Positions 8,194 through 18,282 of a DNA stretch of 64,000 bases are shown here, in pieces. This stretch comes from a virus. Position 1 is the first letter of the stretch. Each line of letters starts with the position of its first letter. The stretch spans positions 96,001 through 160,000 of IMG/VR virus record IMGVR_UViG_3300027896_000001. One strand, 5' to 3'. A program made the translations under genes and the position numbers. The notes below the pieces were generated by a model. That model saw only the letters and a program-made list of their open reading frames with translations, had not been told where the DNA came from and did not search any database.

Positions 8194-9459
8194 TTACTTT
8201 TTTTCTGTGGCTTTCGCGCCAACTACTCCCGCTCCTGCGCCACCAGCGGCAAGGCCCGCGCCTATTGTCACTGGATGTTTCGCAAGTCCTTTAACGGCTT
8301 CCATGCGGTTGGGCCCCAGACTCTTGATCATTTCTTCATTCACCATCTGCCCTCTTCCCGTTCCTACTTTGTATTTCTGGTGGCCGCCCTTCATGAGCTT
8401 TGTAAGTCTTGCCGCCTCTGATTTTTCTGCAGAAGAGGAACCCATTACCGCTCTCCTCAAAAGTCCGCCGTAACCTTTAAAAGGATTTGCGCCGAGTTTT
8501 TCAAGCTCGTCGCGCATGGCTTCTTGGCGAATCATGTCATAAACACTGTCTGAAGACTCTTTCTCCATCAGTGCGCGTGCTCCCATGACTCCGCCTGCGC
8601 CAGCCCCTGCGCCGGCTGTCCCGTAAACAAGAGGATTTTTTGCAATGTTTTTGAGGTTCTCGCCGGCTGCTCCACGAAGACTCTTCCTCACCCACGACGG
8701 AATGGATTGATAAGCCTGTTCGCCTTTTCCGGTACGAATATTTTTTTTCACATCCTTGGAAAACCCTTTTCCAAGCTTTCCTTTCATCGGGCCGTATTTC
8801 GGAGCATGGAAAGAGGCTCCCATATTCCTGAAAAATTCTGCAGTCTCGTGCATGAGCCTGCTTGCAACATTGGCCTTTTTTGCACCGAACTTATCAAGAG
8901 CGGATTCTTTTTCCATCAATGCTGTACCGCCCGCGGCCCCGCCGGCGCCGATTCCAAGCGCGCCTGCGCCAATGGTAATTGGATTTTTCCCGAGTTCTTT
9001 GAGATGGGACATGCGCTGATGTTTGAAACCCTGTTCGACCCACTTGGGATAGAATTGGCCACCTTTCCTTGCGCTCACTATCTTTTTGATGGCCTCCTTA
9101 TCTGGACCTGAAAAAACGCCTTTTACGTGCGCGCCAAATTCCCCGACGGCCTTTGGCATTTTGAAACCGAGTTTTTCCAAAACAATACCAGCGGCATTGG
9201 ACAGATCTTCCTGAGTGATTTCAGCTGACTTTTCCACGTTTGCCTCCTGTAATCCGCGATCATAGAACTCGCGGGCGATTTGTTGGTTTTCTATTTCATT
9301 TTGTTCTGAGAATGCTTGAGTTAATGCGTTGGCGGCTTTTTTGGCTCCTACTCTTTTACCGGCTTTATATCCACCAAATCCAGCCCCACCTGCAGCAGCA
9401 GTTACGGCGAGTGTTTTTGCAACGGTTCCAAGAGTACCTCCTATTTTTTCTTGAGCCAT
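8194..9459 (-). CDS. Repetitive Gly/Ala-rich, probably internal-head/ejection protein
   Basis: Three modules ending in K(N/H)P..(I/Y)G.G...GAG glycine-zipper helices, separated by EK-x-A/G motifs. Confidence 0.55.
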   Translation of the reverse strand: MAQEKIGGTLGTVAKTLAVTAAAGGAGFGGYKAGKRVGAKKAANALTQAFSEQNEIENQQIAREFYDRGLQEANVEKSAEITQEDLSNAAGIVLEKLGFKMPKAVGEFGAHVKGVFSGPDKEAIKKIVSARKGGQFYPKWVEQGFKHQRMSHLKELGKNPITIGAGALGIGAGGAAGGTALMEKESALDKFGAKKANVASRLMHETAEFFRNMGASFHAPKYGPMKGKLGKGFSKDVKKNIRTGKGEQAYQSIPSWVRKSLRGAAGENLKNIAKNPLVYGTAGAGAGAGGVMGARALMEKESSDSVYDMIRQEAMRDELEKLGANPFKGYGGLLRRAVMGSSSAEKSEAARLTKLMKGGHQKYKVGTGRGQMVNEEMIKSLGPNRMEAVKGLAKHPVTIGAGLAAGGAGAGVVGAKATEKK

Positions 9460-9621
9460 ATATTCCGTCCTTTGATTTTTTTTTGGTTATATGGTATACT
9501 TAATATGGATAATATATATCGTACATGAGTTTAGGCGCAAATACAACTAATGGTAGAAACCTTTTACTAATGCCTTTAAAAATATTATATATTTCATAAT
9601 ATAAAGATTGCAACATAAATT

Positions 9622-10668
9622 ATGAACAAGATTCCATTCAAAAGGTTCATCATAATCTTTTTGCTCTTCAATAAGAGTATACAATTCATTATTGAAAAAC
9701 TCAAGGATTTTGGATATTTCATTACTGAAAAAGAAGTGTCTGACGTTTTTGAGGAATTAAAAGCCATACTTCCTGCTTCATTATCAGAGCTTATAAAAAA
9801 TGGCGGAGTTTTTCTTACCACTGATGAATCCCATGTTGAAAAATTAAAATACTTCGGAATCTTTGAATTTTATGATTTCATTTTAAGAAGAGATTCCGAT
9901 AAAAATCCTCCCGAATATTTTAAATGGTGTAGTGATTGTCTTTGGATACATAGTTACAAGGATGTCATGTGCCTTATTAATATACTTCTTTTTAATAATG
10001 AAAACATTGAAGAAATTTCAAAGATCATTACATTTAAATATAAAAAGAAAATAGGTGTAGATACAATTAAAATGTATCAAGACATTTTTTGGGACACCAC
10101 AACGATATCCGCAAAGGATGCTTTATACTTCTGTCTTCCTTTCAGAAACAACGCTCTTGTGATAAGAAAAATGCGAAGCGGAGAATCTGAAATAATGATG
10201 CATGAAGAGTGTGATGATGGCTCAGATGTTCCTTTTATATTTCATGACAATGGATATATTAAGTGGAAAATAGGATATAAAGAAGTAGAAATCCCTGATG
10301 CAAAAGGATTTATAAATCAAGTTAAAAAAGACAGTTATTATAAATATTATGAAGCAATGAATATGACTCAGAGTGTTGATTCTGAACATGAAGAAGGAAC
10401 AAACGATAGATTCGGCGCATTCGACAGGACTCTTACAAGAAAGAAAAACGTAGAAGAACAAAGAGTTAAAATGGCCAAAAACTGGCTTGATATTTTTATG
10501 AAAGCAAATGAAGTTACTTCAGATGATGGCCGGCATTCTGCTGATGATTTCTTTGAAAAAATGCAACAATTGGAATTGGATTTTGAAACCCCGGAGGATG
10601 AAAAGATAGCAAAAATATCCGAAGTCCCTGAAGTATTAAAGGATATAAAAGCGGATATGTCTCAATGA
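9622..10668 (+). CDS. Probable terminase small subunit / packaging-associated protein
   Basis: Overlaps the start of terL; assignment is positional. Confidence 0.45.
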   Translation: MNKIPFKRFIIIFLLFNKSIQFIIEKLKDFGYFITEKEVSDVFEELKAILPASLSELIKNGGVFLTTDESHVEKLKYFGIFEFYDFILRRDSDKNPPEYFKWCSDCLWIHSYKDVMCLINILLFNNENIEEISKIITFKYKKKIGVDTIKMYQDIFWDTTTISAKDALYFCLPFRNNALVIRKMRSGESEIMMHEECDDGSDVPFIFHDNGYIKWKIGYKEVEIPDAKGFINQVKKDSYYKYYEAMNMTQSVDSEHEEGTNDRFGAFDRTLTRKKNVEEQRVKMAKNWLDIFMKANEVTSDDGRHSADDFFEKMQQLELDFETPEDEKIAKISEVPEVLKDIKADMSQ

Positions 10669-12305
10669 TTGTAACTCCTTCAATTTTTGCTACTAATATT
10701 TTTTGTCTTGATGGAGCGCCTTTAAAGCTTCCATTCAATTCAATGCGTCATCTTTTTCCAATTTACAATAGACCTTCCAGTGCTACTCTTTTACGATTTG
10801 CGCGACAAACTCACAAATCGACGACAGTGGCATTTAAAACAGCTCTTCCGTGTTTAAAATATGAAAACTACCATTCTCTTTATGTTGCGCCAACCGGCAA
10901 CCAGGTGTCAGTATTTTCTACTGATAAACTTGATAGCGCTATTAGAGGATCCGATGTAATTCGTGATAATTATACCAACACTCAAACAAAAGACCAGATT
11001 TTTTATAAAGAACTTTCCAATGGAAGCAAAATTTATTTAAGATCTGCTTTTCATTCCGCCGATGCAATTCGTGGTATATCAAGTGATCAGTGTTCCATTG
11101 ATGAGGTTCAGGATATTTGCAGTGACCATATTCCTGTCATAGAACAGTCTATGTCTCATAGTCTAGCAAAATGGGAGAACATGAAGGAAAGATTTCCAAA
11201 TCTTCCAATGCATTTGTTCAATAGCAGACTTTATGCAGGAACCCCAAAGACTATAGAAAATACAATGGAGCGTTATTGGGACAAATCAACTCAAAACGAA
11301 TGGATAATTAAATGCCAGAACCATGGATGTAAAAAATATAATTACATCGATGAGAATAATATTGGTTCAACTTGTTTAATATGTAGAAAATGCGGCAAAC
11401 CAATATTTTATGAAAATGGCCAATGGGTTTCAATGAATCCTTCTGGATTTATAGAAGGATATCGCCTTCCGCAAATTGTGTTGAAATGGATTAATAATAT
11501 AAACAATCCGCAGGCTTGGCAAATAAATGTAGTTAACACAAGACAAATTTATTCTGCAGAAAAATTTTTTAATGAAGTTTTGGCACTTGCTTACGCTGCT
11601 GCAAAACATCCAATAACAGTGTCAGAATTAATGGCGTGCTGTGATACATATGACATGGTTACCGAAGATACTCATGACGATAATAAGATGCTTCGAGGCG
11701 CAGAAATAGTTACTGCCGGTATAGATTGGGGAAAAGGAGATACAGCATCAGGAACATCTTATTCTGTTCTTACAATAGGAACATGGCATAAAGGAAAATT
11801 CAAAACTGTTTTTATGAAAAAATATATGGGAAGAATGTCAGACCCACTTGTTCAAGTAAAAGACATGTTAAGGATAATTTTAAAATTTGAAGTTAAATTA
11901 ACCATAGCAGATACAGGAGATGGACGAACATCAAACGCGATGATGGTTGAAACGCTTGGGCCTCAGAGATTTGCTGAATTATATGAACACGGAACAATAC
12001 GTCAAAAAATGAAGTGGGATAAAGAAAAAGGACATTATATAATTAATAGAACAAGAATCATTACAGATGTTATTATGGACATTAAACGCGCGAATGTTAA
12101 TTTTTTTAGTTATGATCAATTTAAGGAATTTCAATCGGATTTTACCGGTATTTATTCGGAATATAGTGAACGTACAAGAATGATGCGTTATGACCACAAT
12201 GTTCCAGATGACTGTTTTCACGCATGGATGTTTTCAAGAATAGCGGCAGGAATTTTAAGAGGAGAATATAATCGTTATTTATTTGGTGGAGTAAATGAAG
12301 ACTAA
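10665..12305 (+). CDS. terL: Terminase large subunit (GpA-like)
   Basis: Walker A-like RQTHKST, Walker B SIDEVQD, AGTP coupling motif, Cys zinc ribbon, nuclease GIDWG and PDD. Confidence 0.88.
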   Translation: MIVTPSIFATNIFCLDGAPLKLPFNSMRHLFPIYNRPSSATLLRFARQTHKSTTVAFKTALPCLKYENYHSLYVAPTGNQVSVFSTDKLDSAIRGSDVIRDNYTNTQTKDQIFYKELSNGSKIYLRSAFHSADAIRGISSDQCSIDEVQDICSDHIPVIEQSMSHSLAKWENMKERFPNLPMHLFNSRLYAGTPKTIENTMERYWDKSTQNEWIIKCQNHGCKKYNYIDENNIGSTCLICRKCGKPIFYENGQWVSMNPSGFIEGYRLPQIVLKWINNINNPQAWQINVVNTRQIYSAEKFFNEVLALAYAAAKHPITVSELMACCDTYDMVTEDTHDDNKMLRGAEIVTAGIDWGKGDTASGTSYSVLTIGTWHKGKFKTVFMKKYMGRMSDPLVQVKDMLRIILKFEVKLTIADTGDGRTSNAMMVETLGPQRFAELYEHGTIRQKMKWDKEKGHYIINRTRIITDVIMDIKRANVNFFSYDQFKEFQSDFTGIYSEYSERTRMMRYDHNVPDDCFHAWMFSRIAAGILRGEYNRYLFGGVNED

Positions 12306-12316
12306 AGGAGGGATCA

Positions 12317-12532
12317 ATGCCATTTGAATCAAAATCACAAATGAAAGCCTGTTTTGCAAAGAAATCACGCGGAGAAGGAAAAGGGTGGAATTGCAAAGAA
12401 TGGGCGGAAGCAACTCCAAACCCCAAAGCGCTACCTGAACATGTTAAAAAAGCGGAACAAGAATTTATTGATTGTTTTTCAAAACTGGCTCAGTATCTTG
12501 TTCCAAAAATTACATCGCCGAAACAGGTTTAA
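12317..12532 (+). CDS. Small conserved-type phage protein (MPFESKSQ...W....P)
   Basis: SD AAGGAGG; recognisable MPF.S..Q N-terminus. Confidence 0.65.
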   Translation: MPFESKSQMKACFAKKSRGEGKGWNCKEWAEATPNPKALPEHVKKAEQEFIDCFSKLAQYLVPKITSPKQV

Positions 12533-12911
12533 TAAGCCCAGCTTCTTTAATATAAATTTCAGGATTGATTTGAAGAACTTGGTTCCCTTTAATAACTGAG
12601 TCCATTCCTTGATGTCTTAATGCGGCTAATGAAAGAATTTCCTTTACAGTATCATCGAATAATTTATCATATTGTTCAACGGATTTTTGATATTCAGCAA
12701 GATCGGTTCTTCGAAATTCATTAATGAGGTTGTTTTTAACCTGAACAAGAGCATCAAATGGAATACGTCCATTTGCCACAACTCGTTCAAATAATTTAGC
12801 CACGTATGCTTTGAAAATGTCTACCAGAAGCTCGTGGCGATCAAGTTTAGGGTCTGCATTAAAAATTGAATTTTTCAGTTCTTTTTGAAAATTGTACTCT
12901 GAATTTGACAT
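12510..12911 (-). CDS. Hypothetical helical protein
   Basis: 133-aa ORF with its own SD and AT-rich upstream region. Confidence 0.7.
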   Translation of the reverse strand: MSNSEYNFQKELKNSIFNADPKLDRHELLVDIFKAYVAKLFERVVANGRIPFDALVQVKNNLINEFRRTDLAEYQKSVEQYDKLFDDTVKEILSLAALRHQGMDSVIKGNQVLQINPEIYIKEAGLIKPVSAM

Positions 12912-13043
12912 GTTGCCACCCTTTCCATGTATGAGGTACGATTAAAATATACAACTTAAGATTCATTATTTCAACAGAATTTGTTGATAGTTTCAATATA
13001 TAATGTTATATTTTTCTTATAGACCACAACCTGTAGGGGCTTT

Positions 13044-13487
13044 ATGGAAAATCAAAATTCGAATATAATGGCGTTTCTTTATGTGATGGAAAAGGATGCG
13101 GGCTTTTTACAAGCGGCTTCAAGCCCAATCCTAAGATTCGCAAAAGGCGCTTTTACAAAAGCGCGTCCAACTGGAGAATGGAAATCAGGAACTTTTTCTG
13201 CAGGAAGAAATGTAAGAAAATTTGTAAAAAAACAAATTACCGATCCTGTCGCAAGCGCCTTCAAACGAAATCCTGAAAAAATGAAAGCCTACAATCAGGA
13301 AATAAAAACCTGGCAAAAAAATAAACCGAAAAAACCGTTAAGCCCCGCTGCGCAAAGAGGCAAAGATGTAGTAGGCAGTGTGCTTGAAACTGGCGCGATT
13401 GTGGGAGGAATAGGGGCGTTAGGCGCCGGCTATGGGATGGCGACAGCAAAACCGGACATATCTAACGTTATCGGAAACCAAGGATAA
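13044..13487 (+). CDS. Probable internal head protein with Gly-rich hydrophobic helix
   Basis: MEKDAG motif; C-terminal GAIVGGIGALGAGYG. Confidence 0.6.
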   Translation: MENQNSNIMAFLYVMEKDAGFLQAASSPILRFAKGAFTKARPTGEWKSGTFSAGRNVRKFVKKQITDPVASAFKRNPEKMKAYNQEIKTWQKNKPKKPLSPAAQRGKDVVGSVLETGAIVGGIGALGAGYGMATAKPDISNVIGNQG

Positions 13488-14338
13488 TGTCAGAAATAAT
13501 TCAGAATATAAAAGAAATTGCACATAAAGTTTCCGAAGATTACTTGTTGTTCGGAAAGGATATGAACGAAGCCCTTATTTCTGCATATGAGGGTGGGGAA
13601 ATAGAAAATGAAGAAGTTTTAAAAAGGATTTGTGAACATGCAAATCAAAATGTTTATCTTGGTTTATTTAACGATCCGGCAACCAACAAGGCAAATATAG
13701 CCTTTAAAATAGCAGACTATAATTCCATCATCCCAATAATAAGGGAAAGTGAGAACGCCATGAATGCATTAAATACTCCTCCAGAAGATTTCAGGAAAAA
13801 ATTGTCGACTACTGTAGAGGCAGAGCCAGAAGAAGAAGGCGCCGAAGAGAGCGAGCCGGAAAACAAATTCGGATTGCAAAAGCAATCAGAACTTCAGACT
13901 GTCATTGAATATAGAAATGCAATCAAAAATCTTCTCGACAAAGTTGATATGATGAAGTGCGCAGAAGAAAAGGTCGCAGAGGAAGCGTTTAACAAGATGA
14001 ATAAGGACGCGAGAATCCTTGTAGCAAAAGGAGATTCTCTCGGAGATATATCAAAAATCGCGGTACGCTGTGTCAAAGAAAAGGGCGGAGATTTTGAAAA
14101 GATAGCGCAGGCGTACGATCTTATTCACAAAGACCTGACTGATAACGGGTTTTATGTGAATACCGAGTTTACAAAAATATCTTCAATGAAAATACGGTAT
14201 GATTCTGAAATCCTGAAACCGGTCAATGATTTTTCAATGGCGATTATGAAGATTGCAGGTTTTCAGGAAATGAGAATGAATCTCGCAAATACCGTTGCTG
14301 TTTTTGACAAGGAAATAAAAAAAGAACTTAAAAAATAA
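13487..14338 (+). CDS. Head-associated coiled-coil protein
   Basis: Multiple K-x-A motifs; coupled operon. Confidence 0.6.
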   Translation: MSEIIQNIKEIAHKVSEDYLLFGKDMNEALISAYEGGEIENEEVLKRICEHANQNVYLGLFNDPATNKANIAFKIADYNSIIPIIRESENAMNALNTPPEDFRKKLSTTVEAEPEEEGAEESEPENKFGLQKQSELQTVIEYRNAIKNLLDKVDMMKCAEEKVAEEAFNKMNKDARILVAKGDSLGDISKIAVRCVKEKGGDFEKIAQAYDLIHKDLTDNGFYVNTEFTKISSMKIRYDSEILKPVNDFSMAIMKIAGFQEMRMNLANTVAVFDKEIKKELKK

Positions 14339-15063
14339 TGAACATTCCTACTGAAAATATTAAGGATAAATTAGACGACCTGCAGGCCGCTGAAAGAGTT
14401 TTTATATTGAAAAAAGTGGCACCGGCTCCGACTGAAAAAAAAGTTAACACTGATTTTAAAACAAGAGCATTATTGGCCGGATTAGCAGGCATACCTACTG
14501 GGGCCGCGGCGTTCGCATTGTCAAAACTTTTCCGTGCAGGTAAAATGGGAAATGTAATGGCTTTAGGAACTTTGGCGTCTGGAACGGCGGCTGGAGCGTT
14601 TATTCCTGATATTTATAATACAATGATTTTAAATCGACAAAACAAAATTAGTGATATTGAATTAAGAAAAAGATATAAATCGTATATTCAGCAACAACCG
14701 TCTTTCGATTATTTTACAAAAGAAGCTGCCAGAGGAAGAGGGCTTGCAAGAGGAGTCGGCAGTATAATTGGCGGTACAGCACGACTGGGAGGAAAAGTAG
14801 TCAGAACGACATTGGGAGCATTAAATCCATTTGTGCCTAAAAAAATGCCATTAGGAAAAAAAGTTTTTAGATATACTGTACAGGGCGCTGCTGCGGGAGG
14901 TGTGGGTTACGGGATGGTCAACGCCGGCCGCGCCATAACAAGGCCAGGTTCTCAAGGAGATTATAATACGCATTTAAGAAACAACCTTCTTGCTGGAAAC
15001 ATATCTCCAAATGAAATTTCTCCTATGGAACAACGAGGGGTTGCTGAACTGGGGACAAGATGA
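14338..15063 (+). CDS. Probable internal head/ejection protein
   Basis: Gly/Ala hydrophobic helices; KKVA and TKEA motifs. Confidence 0.55.
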   Translation: MNIPTENIKDKLDDLQAAERVFILKKVAPAPTEKKVNTDFKTRALLAGLAGIPTGAAAFALSKLFRAGKMGNVMALGTLASGTAAGAFIPDIYNTMILNRQNKISDIELRKRYKSYIQQQPSFDYFTKEAARGRGLARGVGSIIGGTARLGGKVVRTTLGALNPFVPKKMPLGKKVFRYTVQGAAAGGVGYGMVNAGRAITRPGSQGDYNTHLRNNLLAGNISPNEISPMEQRGVAELGTR

Positions 15064-15314
15064 AAATAAAATACTGGTTACCATTTTTCAGAAATGAACT
15101 TGAAAAAATAGCCATACCAATGATGCCTGTTCTTATGGGAGGCCTCACGGTAATGCAGACAAAAGGCGATATAACTGAAACAAGAAAACAAAACAAACTT
15201 GAACCATTAAGGCAGAAAGAGCAATCTTTACAAACACCAGGATCAAATCAGTATCAATTCGAAGGTGGAAAAAGAATTGACAATCAAGCAGCCACAGCTG
15301 CAAACTTATATTAA
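15060..15314 (+). CDS. Small head-region protein
   Basis: ELEKIA motif; overlapping start. Confidence 0.6.
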   Translation: MKIKYWLPFFRNELEKIAIPMMPVLMGGLTVMQTKGDITETRKQNKLEPLRQKEQSLQTPGSNQYQFEGGKRIDNQAATAANLY

Positions 15315-15325
15315 AGGGAGACACT

Positions 15326-15874
15326 ATGTCAAACGGAATAAAAGAAGCAGCAGACACTCTTTTAAAAAGTGGAAAAATCACGAAGGAAGAATATGATTCT
15401 CTTGATTTCGAAAAGGTGGCTGTAAAACTTAATTCACTTGAACGTTATGGAAAATTTGTAAAAACATTGTGGCCGATACCGGTTACTATAGGAGCAGGTG
15501 TTCTTGCTAAAGAACTCATTGTTGATCCAATAGTCGCTAATCAACAAATAAACGCTTCTTACAAATCACTTGCAGAAAAAACTCCGCAATTAGCCGGAGA
15601 AGATCAGGCAAAAATAAGAGACTATTTTGATGTTGTAAGAACATATTCTCCTCATTCAGCGGCAAATCCTCTTGTGGCTGGCGCGCTCGTTAATAAAATG
15701 ATTCAATTTGGCGGCGTCGATCATAAGTTGATACAGGATATCATAGCAATACAAGAAGGCAAATCAGCTCTCAATGTTCTTCCTCCTGTTATAACTGAAG
15801 GGGCGAAAACTCTTGCAAAAGCTTCGGGTGGAGGAGATAAAACAACATCTATAATTAATAAAATATATCCATAA
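15326..15874 (+). CDS. Head-region protein
   Basis: FEKVA motif; SD present. Confidence 0.6.
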   Translation: MSNGIKEAADTLLKSGKITKEEYDSLDFEKVAVKLNSLERYGKFVKTLWPIPVTIGAGVLAKELIVDPIVANQQINASYKSLAEKTPQLAGEDQAKIRDYFDVVRTYSPHSAANPLVAGALVNKMIQFGGVDHKLIQDIIAIQEGKSALNVLPPVITEGAKTLAKASGGGDKTTSIINKIYP

Positions 15875-15876
15875 TT

Positions 15877-16212
15877 ATGAATACAATAAAAACACTTCGA
15901 ATAGCAATGGAAAAAGACGCATCTCTTCCAGGAGATATGGCTAAGGGTGTTTATAATTTTGTAAAAAAACAAAACCCTTGGGTTGTATTAGGTGGAACGG
16001 CAGGGTTAATAGGAGCCGGCGCATTAGCGACATATGCGGCTAAAAAAGTTCTTCCTACATTTCTTATATGGGATCAAAGCCGAAAAAACGAAGCAATGGA
16101 TTACCAAACAATGCTATTAAGACAAATAGCTGATTCTGTAGAAAAGCCCGCGGCCTTACAGCCTCCAGGGACAGTTCCGGCGCAAAAATTACTGGTTGAA
16201 CCTTTAGAATAG
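15877..16212 (+). CDS. Head-region protein with hydrophobic helix
   Basis: MEKDAS motif; VVLGGTAGLIGAGALA. Confidence 0.6.
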   Translation: MNTIKTLRIAMEKDASLPGDMAKGVYNFVKKQNPWVVLGGTAGLIGAGALATYAAKKVLPTFLIWDQSRKNEAMDYQTMLLRQIADSVEKPAALQPPGTVPAQKLLVEPLE

Positions 16213-16215
16213 AAT

Positions 16216-18177
16216 ATGATTAAATTCGTTGAATACGAAGCGTTTGATGAACATGGACAACATATTGTTCCTGTGAACAGTTTATATCATATGAACAAGG
16301 TTGCCTCTGGTTCATATTCTCCAGAATTAATGAAAGTAATTCTGAATATGAAGCGTAGACAGGATCGGTACTATGTTGTCATTAACGCATTAGGTTCGTA
16401 TGAAATATGGGGGTGCAATAGAAATGGTGATGCATTTCCTGAAATAGGATTAACTCATAAATCCTTAAGAACAGATATGGGAACACCAAATGATTATGGA
16501 TATAAAACTTTTGAATATTACGCAAGACTTTACAAGCATCATGTAAATAAAGATCCTAATAATTCTTTCGGAGAAATAGTATTTGCACACTGGAATCCCG
16601 TCACGCATCGAGTTGAGCTTATTGTTGCTATTAACATGGAGAATGGAAAAGATATTATAGACGCCCTTGAAAAGCAACAACAAGTAGCTGTGTCGATGGG
16701 ATGTAAGGTAAAATGGGACCGATGCAGTATATGCGGAAACAAAGCGGCTACGAGAGAAAAATACTGCAAGCATCTCAAAGACTATATGAGAGAAGTTGTT
16801 GATAAGGATTTGTCTGAAATATGGTCAACAGAAACTGGTCGAAGAATTATTCCTGGAATGCAGGTTTTTGCCTACAATGATTTTCCAAGATTTTTTGATA
16901 TATCCAGAGTCTATATCGGCGCAGACAGAACATCATACATACTTGGAAAAGCGGCGTCAAAGGGATATACCGCCTATTCAGCAGACATTGCCGACGCATT
17001 AGGCGTCACTGATAAAATGATTGATAAATTAGCAATAGTCGGGAAACAAGGTGAAATAGAAAAAGAACTTGGCGGAGCTGTCAGCGAAAGCGACATTGAT
17101 AAGCCTGACACTGACGGTTCAGTTTCAAATATCGAGGAAATGAATGTAATAAGAAAAGCCCTTGATGAAAAAATAAGACACACAATAGCCGCAGAACCGA
17201 AACTTCCAAATAATTTACTGGATTCGATGTCTGCGTCTTTACCTTTAGAAACAATTTTTTCTACTTTATTCGGACTCGGAATACACCCGAAACCGGTTGA
17301 ATTCCAAAGAATCATCCTTGTAAAAATAAACCAAAAACCTCTTGCTGATGAACTTGAGGAAAATAATACGGTTTTTGATTACAATGATGATTCAGAAACC
17401 ACTCCTATTGAGTTGTCTAATTCTGATTTCAGCGACACTCTTGGGAAAGCGCTCACTCCATTTCTTCAGGAGAGAAGTTGCTTTCCAAGCATGCTTGGAC
17501 CAAGAATACGCGCTGTTATCATCAAGACAGCTCAATTAAATAGGAATGGCCAACCTTGGCCGGAAACGGAAAAAAAGGAAATGAGAATTGATCCTAGGCT
17601 TGCTGCTCTGGGAGGGTTAGCTGCACTATATTCTGGATTAAAATTAAAGGCGCTCGGTTATGGAGCAAAGGATTTGGCAGCAATTTTTGCCAATAAACCT
17701 TGGTTAAGAACTCTTTTTGGCGGAAGTGTAATGTGGAAAATTTATGATGAAATTGATAAGGGAAATATAGAAAATCAAGCATTACCTTCTGCAACCGCTT
17801 ACGCCAATATTTTACAGAATACAAATCTTTCAGGGCATATTGTTAAACAAGCAGCTCGTTTTATCAAGCCTAAATTCAGGACAGACCTTGGCAATTCTTT
17901 AGGATATGGGCTCCTTACAAGCGCAGTTGCGCTTCCATCAGCCTATGTCGCAAACGCCTGGAATCAGAAGTCAATGTATGAAAAAGGTGTTGAAGTCTTT
18001 CCAGGCGCAAACAAATTAACATCCAATCCCATAAGCACCGCCATAGTTGGCGGAGGTGGAATTGCAGCGGCTCATTATGGTGGAACTAAAATGATTGATA
18101 AGATAATGGGGCCCAAATTTGTAGACAGGGCTGGAAAAGTAATTAAGAGCGGAATAAAGAATGTCTTGAAAAGGTAA
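16216..18177 (+). CDS. Probable prohead protease with long C-terminal extension
   Basis: N.NGD.F, KHH, VSMGC (Ser nucleophile-like), CSICGN...C.H zinc motif, FFDIS.V...AD; lies upstream of scaffold and MCP. Confidence 0.65.
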   Translation: MIKFVEYEAFDEHGQHIVPVNSLYHMNKVASGSYSPELMKVILNMKRRQDRYYVVINALGSYEIWGCNRNGDAFPEIGLTHKSLRTDMGTPNDYGYKTFEYYARLYKHHVNKDPNNSFGEIVFAHWNPVTHRVELIVAINMENGKDIIDALEKQQQVAVSMGCKVKWDRCSICGNKAATREKYCKHLKDYMREVVDKDLSEIWSTETGRRIIPGMQVFAYNDFPRFFDISRVYIGADRTSYILGKAASKGYTAYSADIADALGVTDKMIDKLAIVGKQGEIEKELGGAVSESDIDKPDTDGSVSNIEEMNVIRKALDEKIRHTIAAEPKLPNNLLDSMSASLPLETIFSTLFGLGIHPKPVEFQRIILVKINQKPLADELEENNTVFDYNDDSETTPIELSNSDFSDTLGKALTPFLQERSCFPSMLGPRIRAVIIKTAQLNRNGQPWPETEKKEMRIDPRLAALGGLAALYSGLKLKALGYGAKDLAAIFANKPWLRTLFGGSVMWKIYDEIDKGNIENQALPSATAYANILQNTNLSGHIVKQAARFIKPKFRTDLGNSLGYGLLTSAVALPSAYVANAWNQKSMYEKGVEVFPGANKLTSNPISTAIVGGGGIAAAHYGGTKMIDKIMGPKFVDRAGKVIKSGIKNVLKR

Positions 18178-18282
18178 TGCCGAGGTTTTATAATTAAATT
18201 GCGTCCTGGATATTATCTAAGTTATATTATTAACTGTTGAAACTGTTTACAACCTTTTTTTCCTAAATAATGGAGGATCCAA

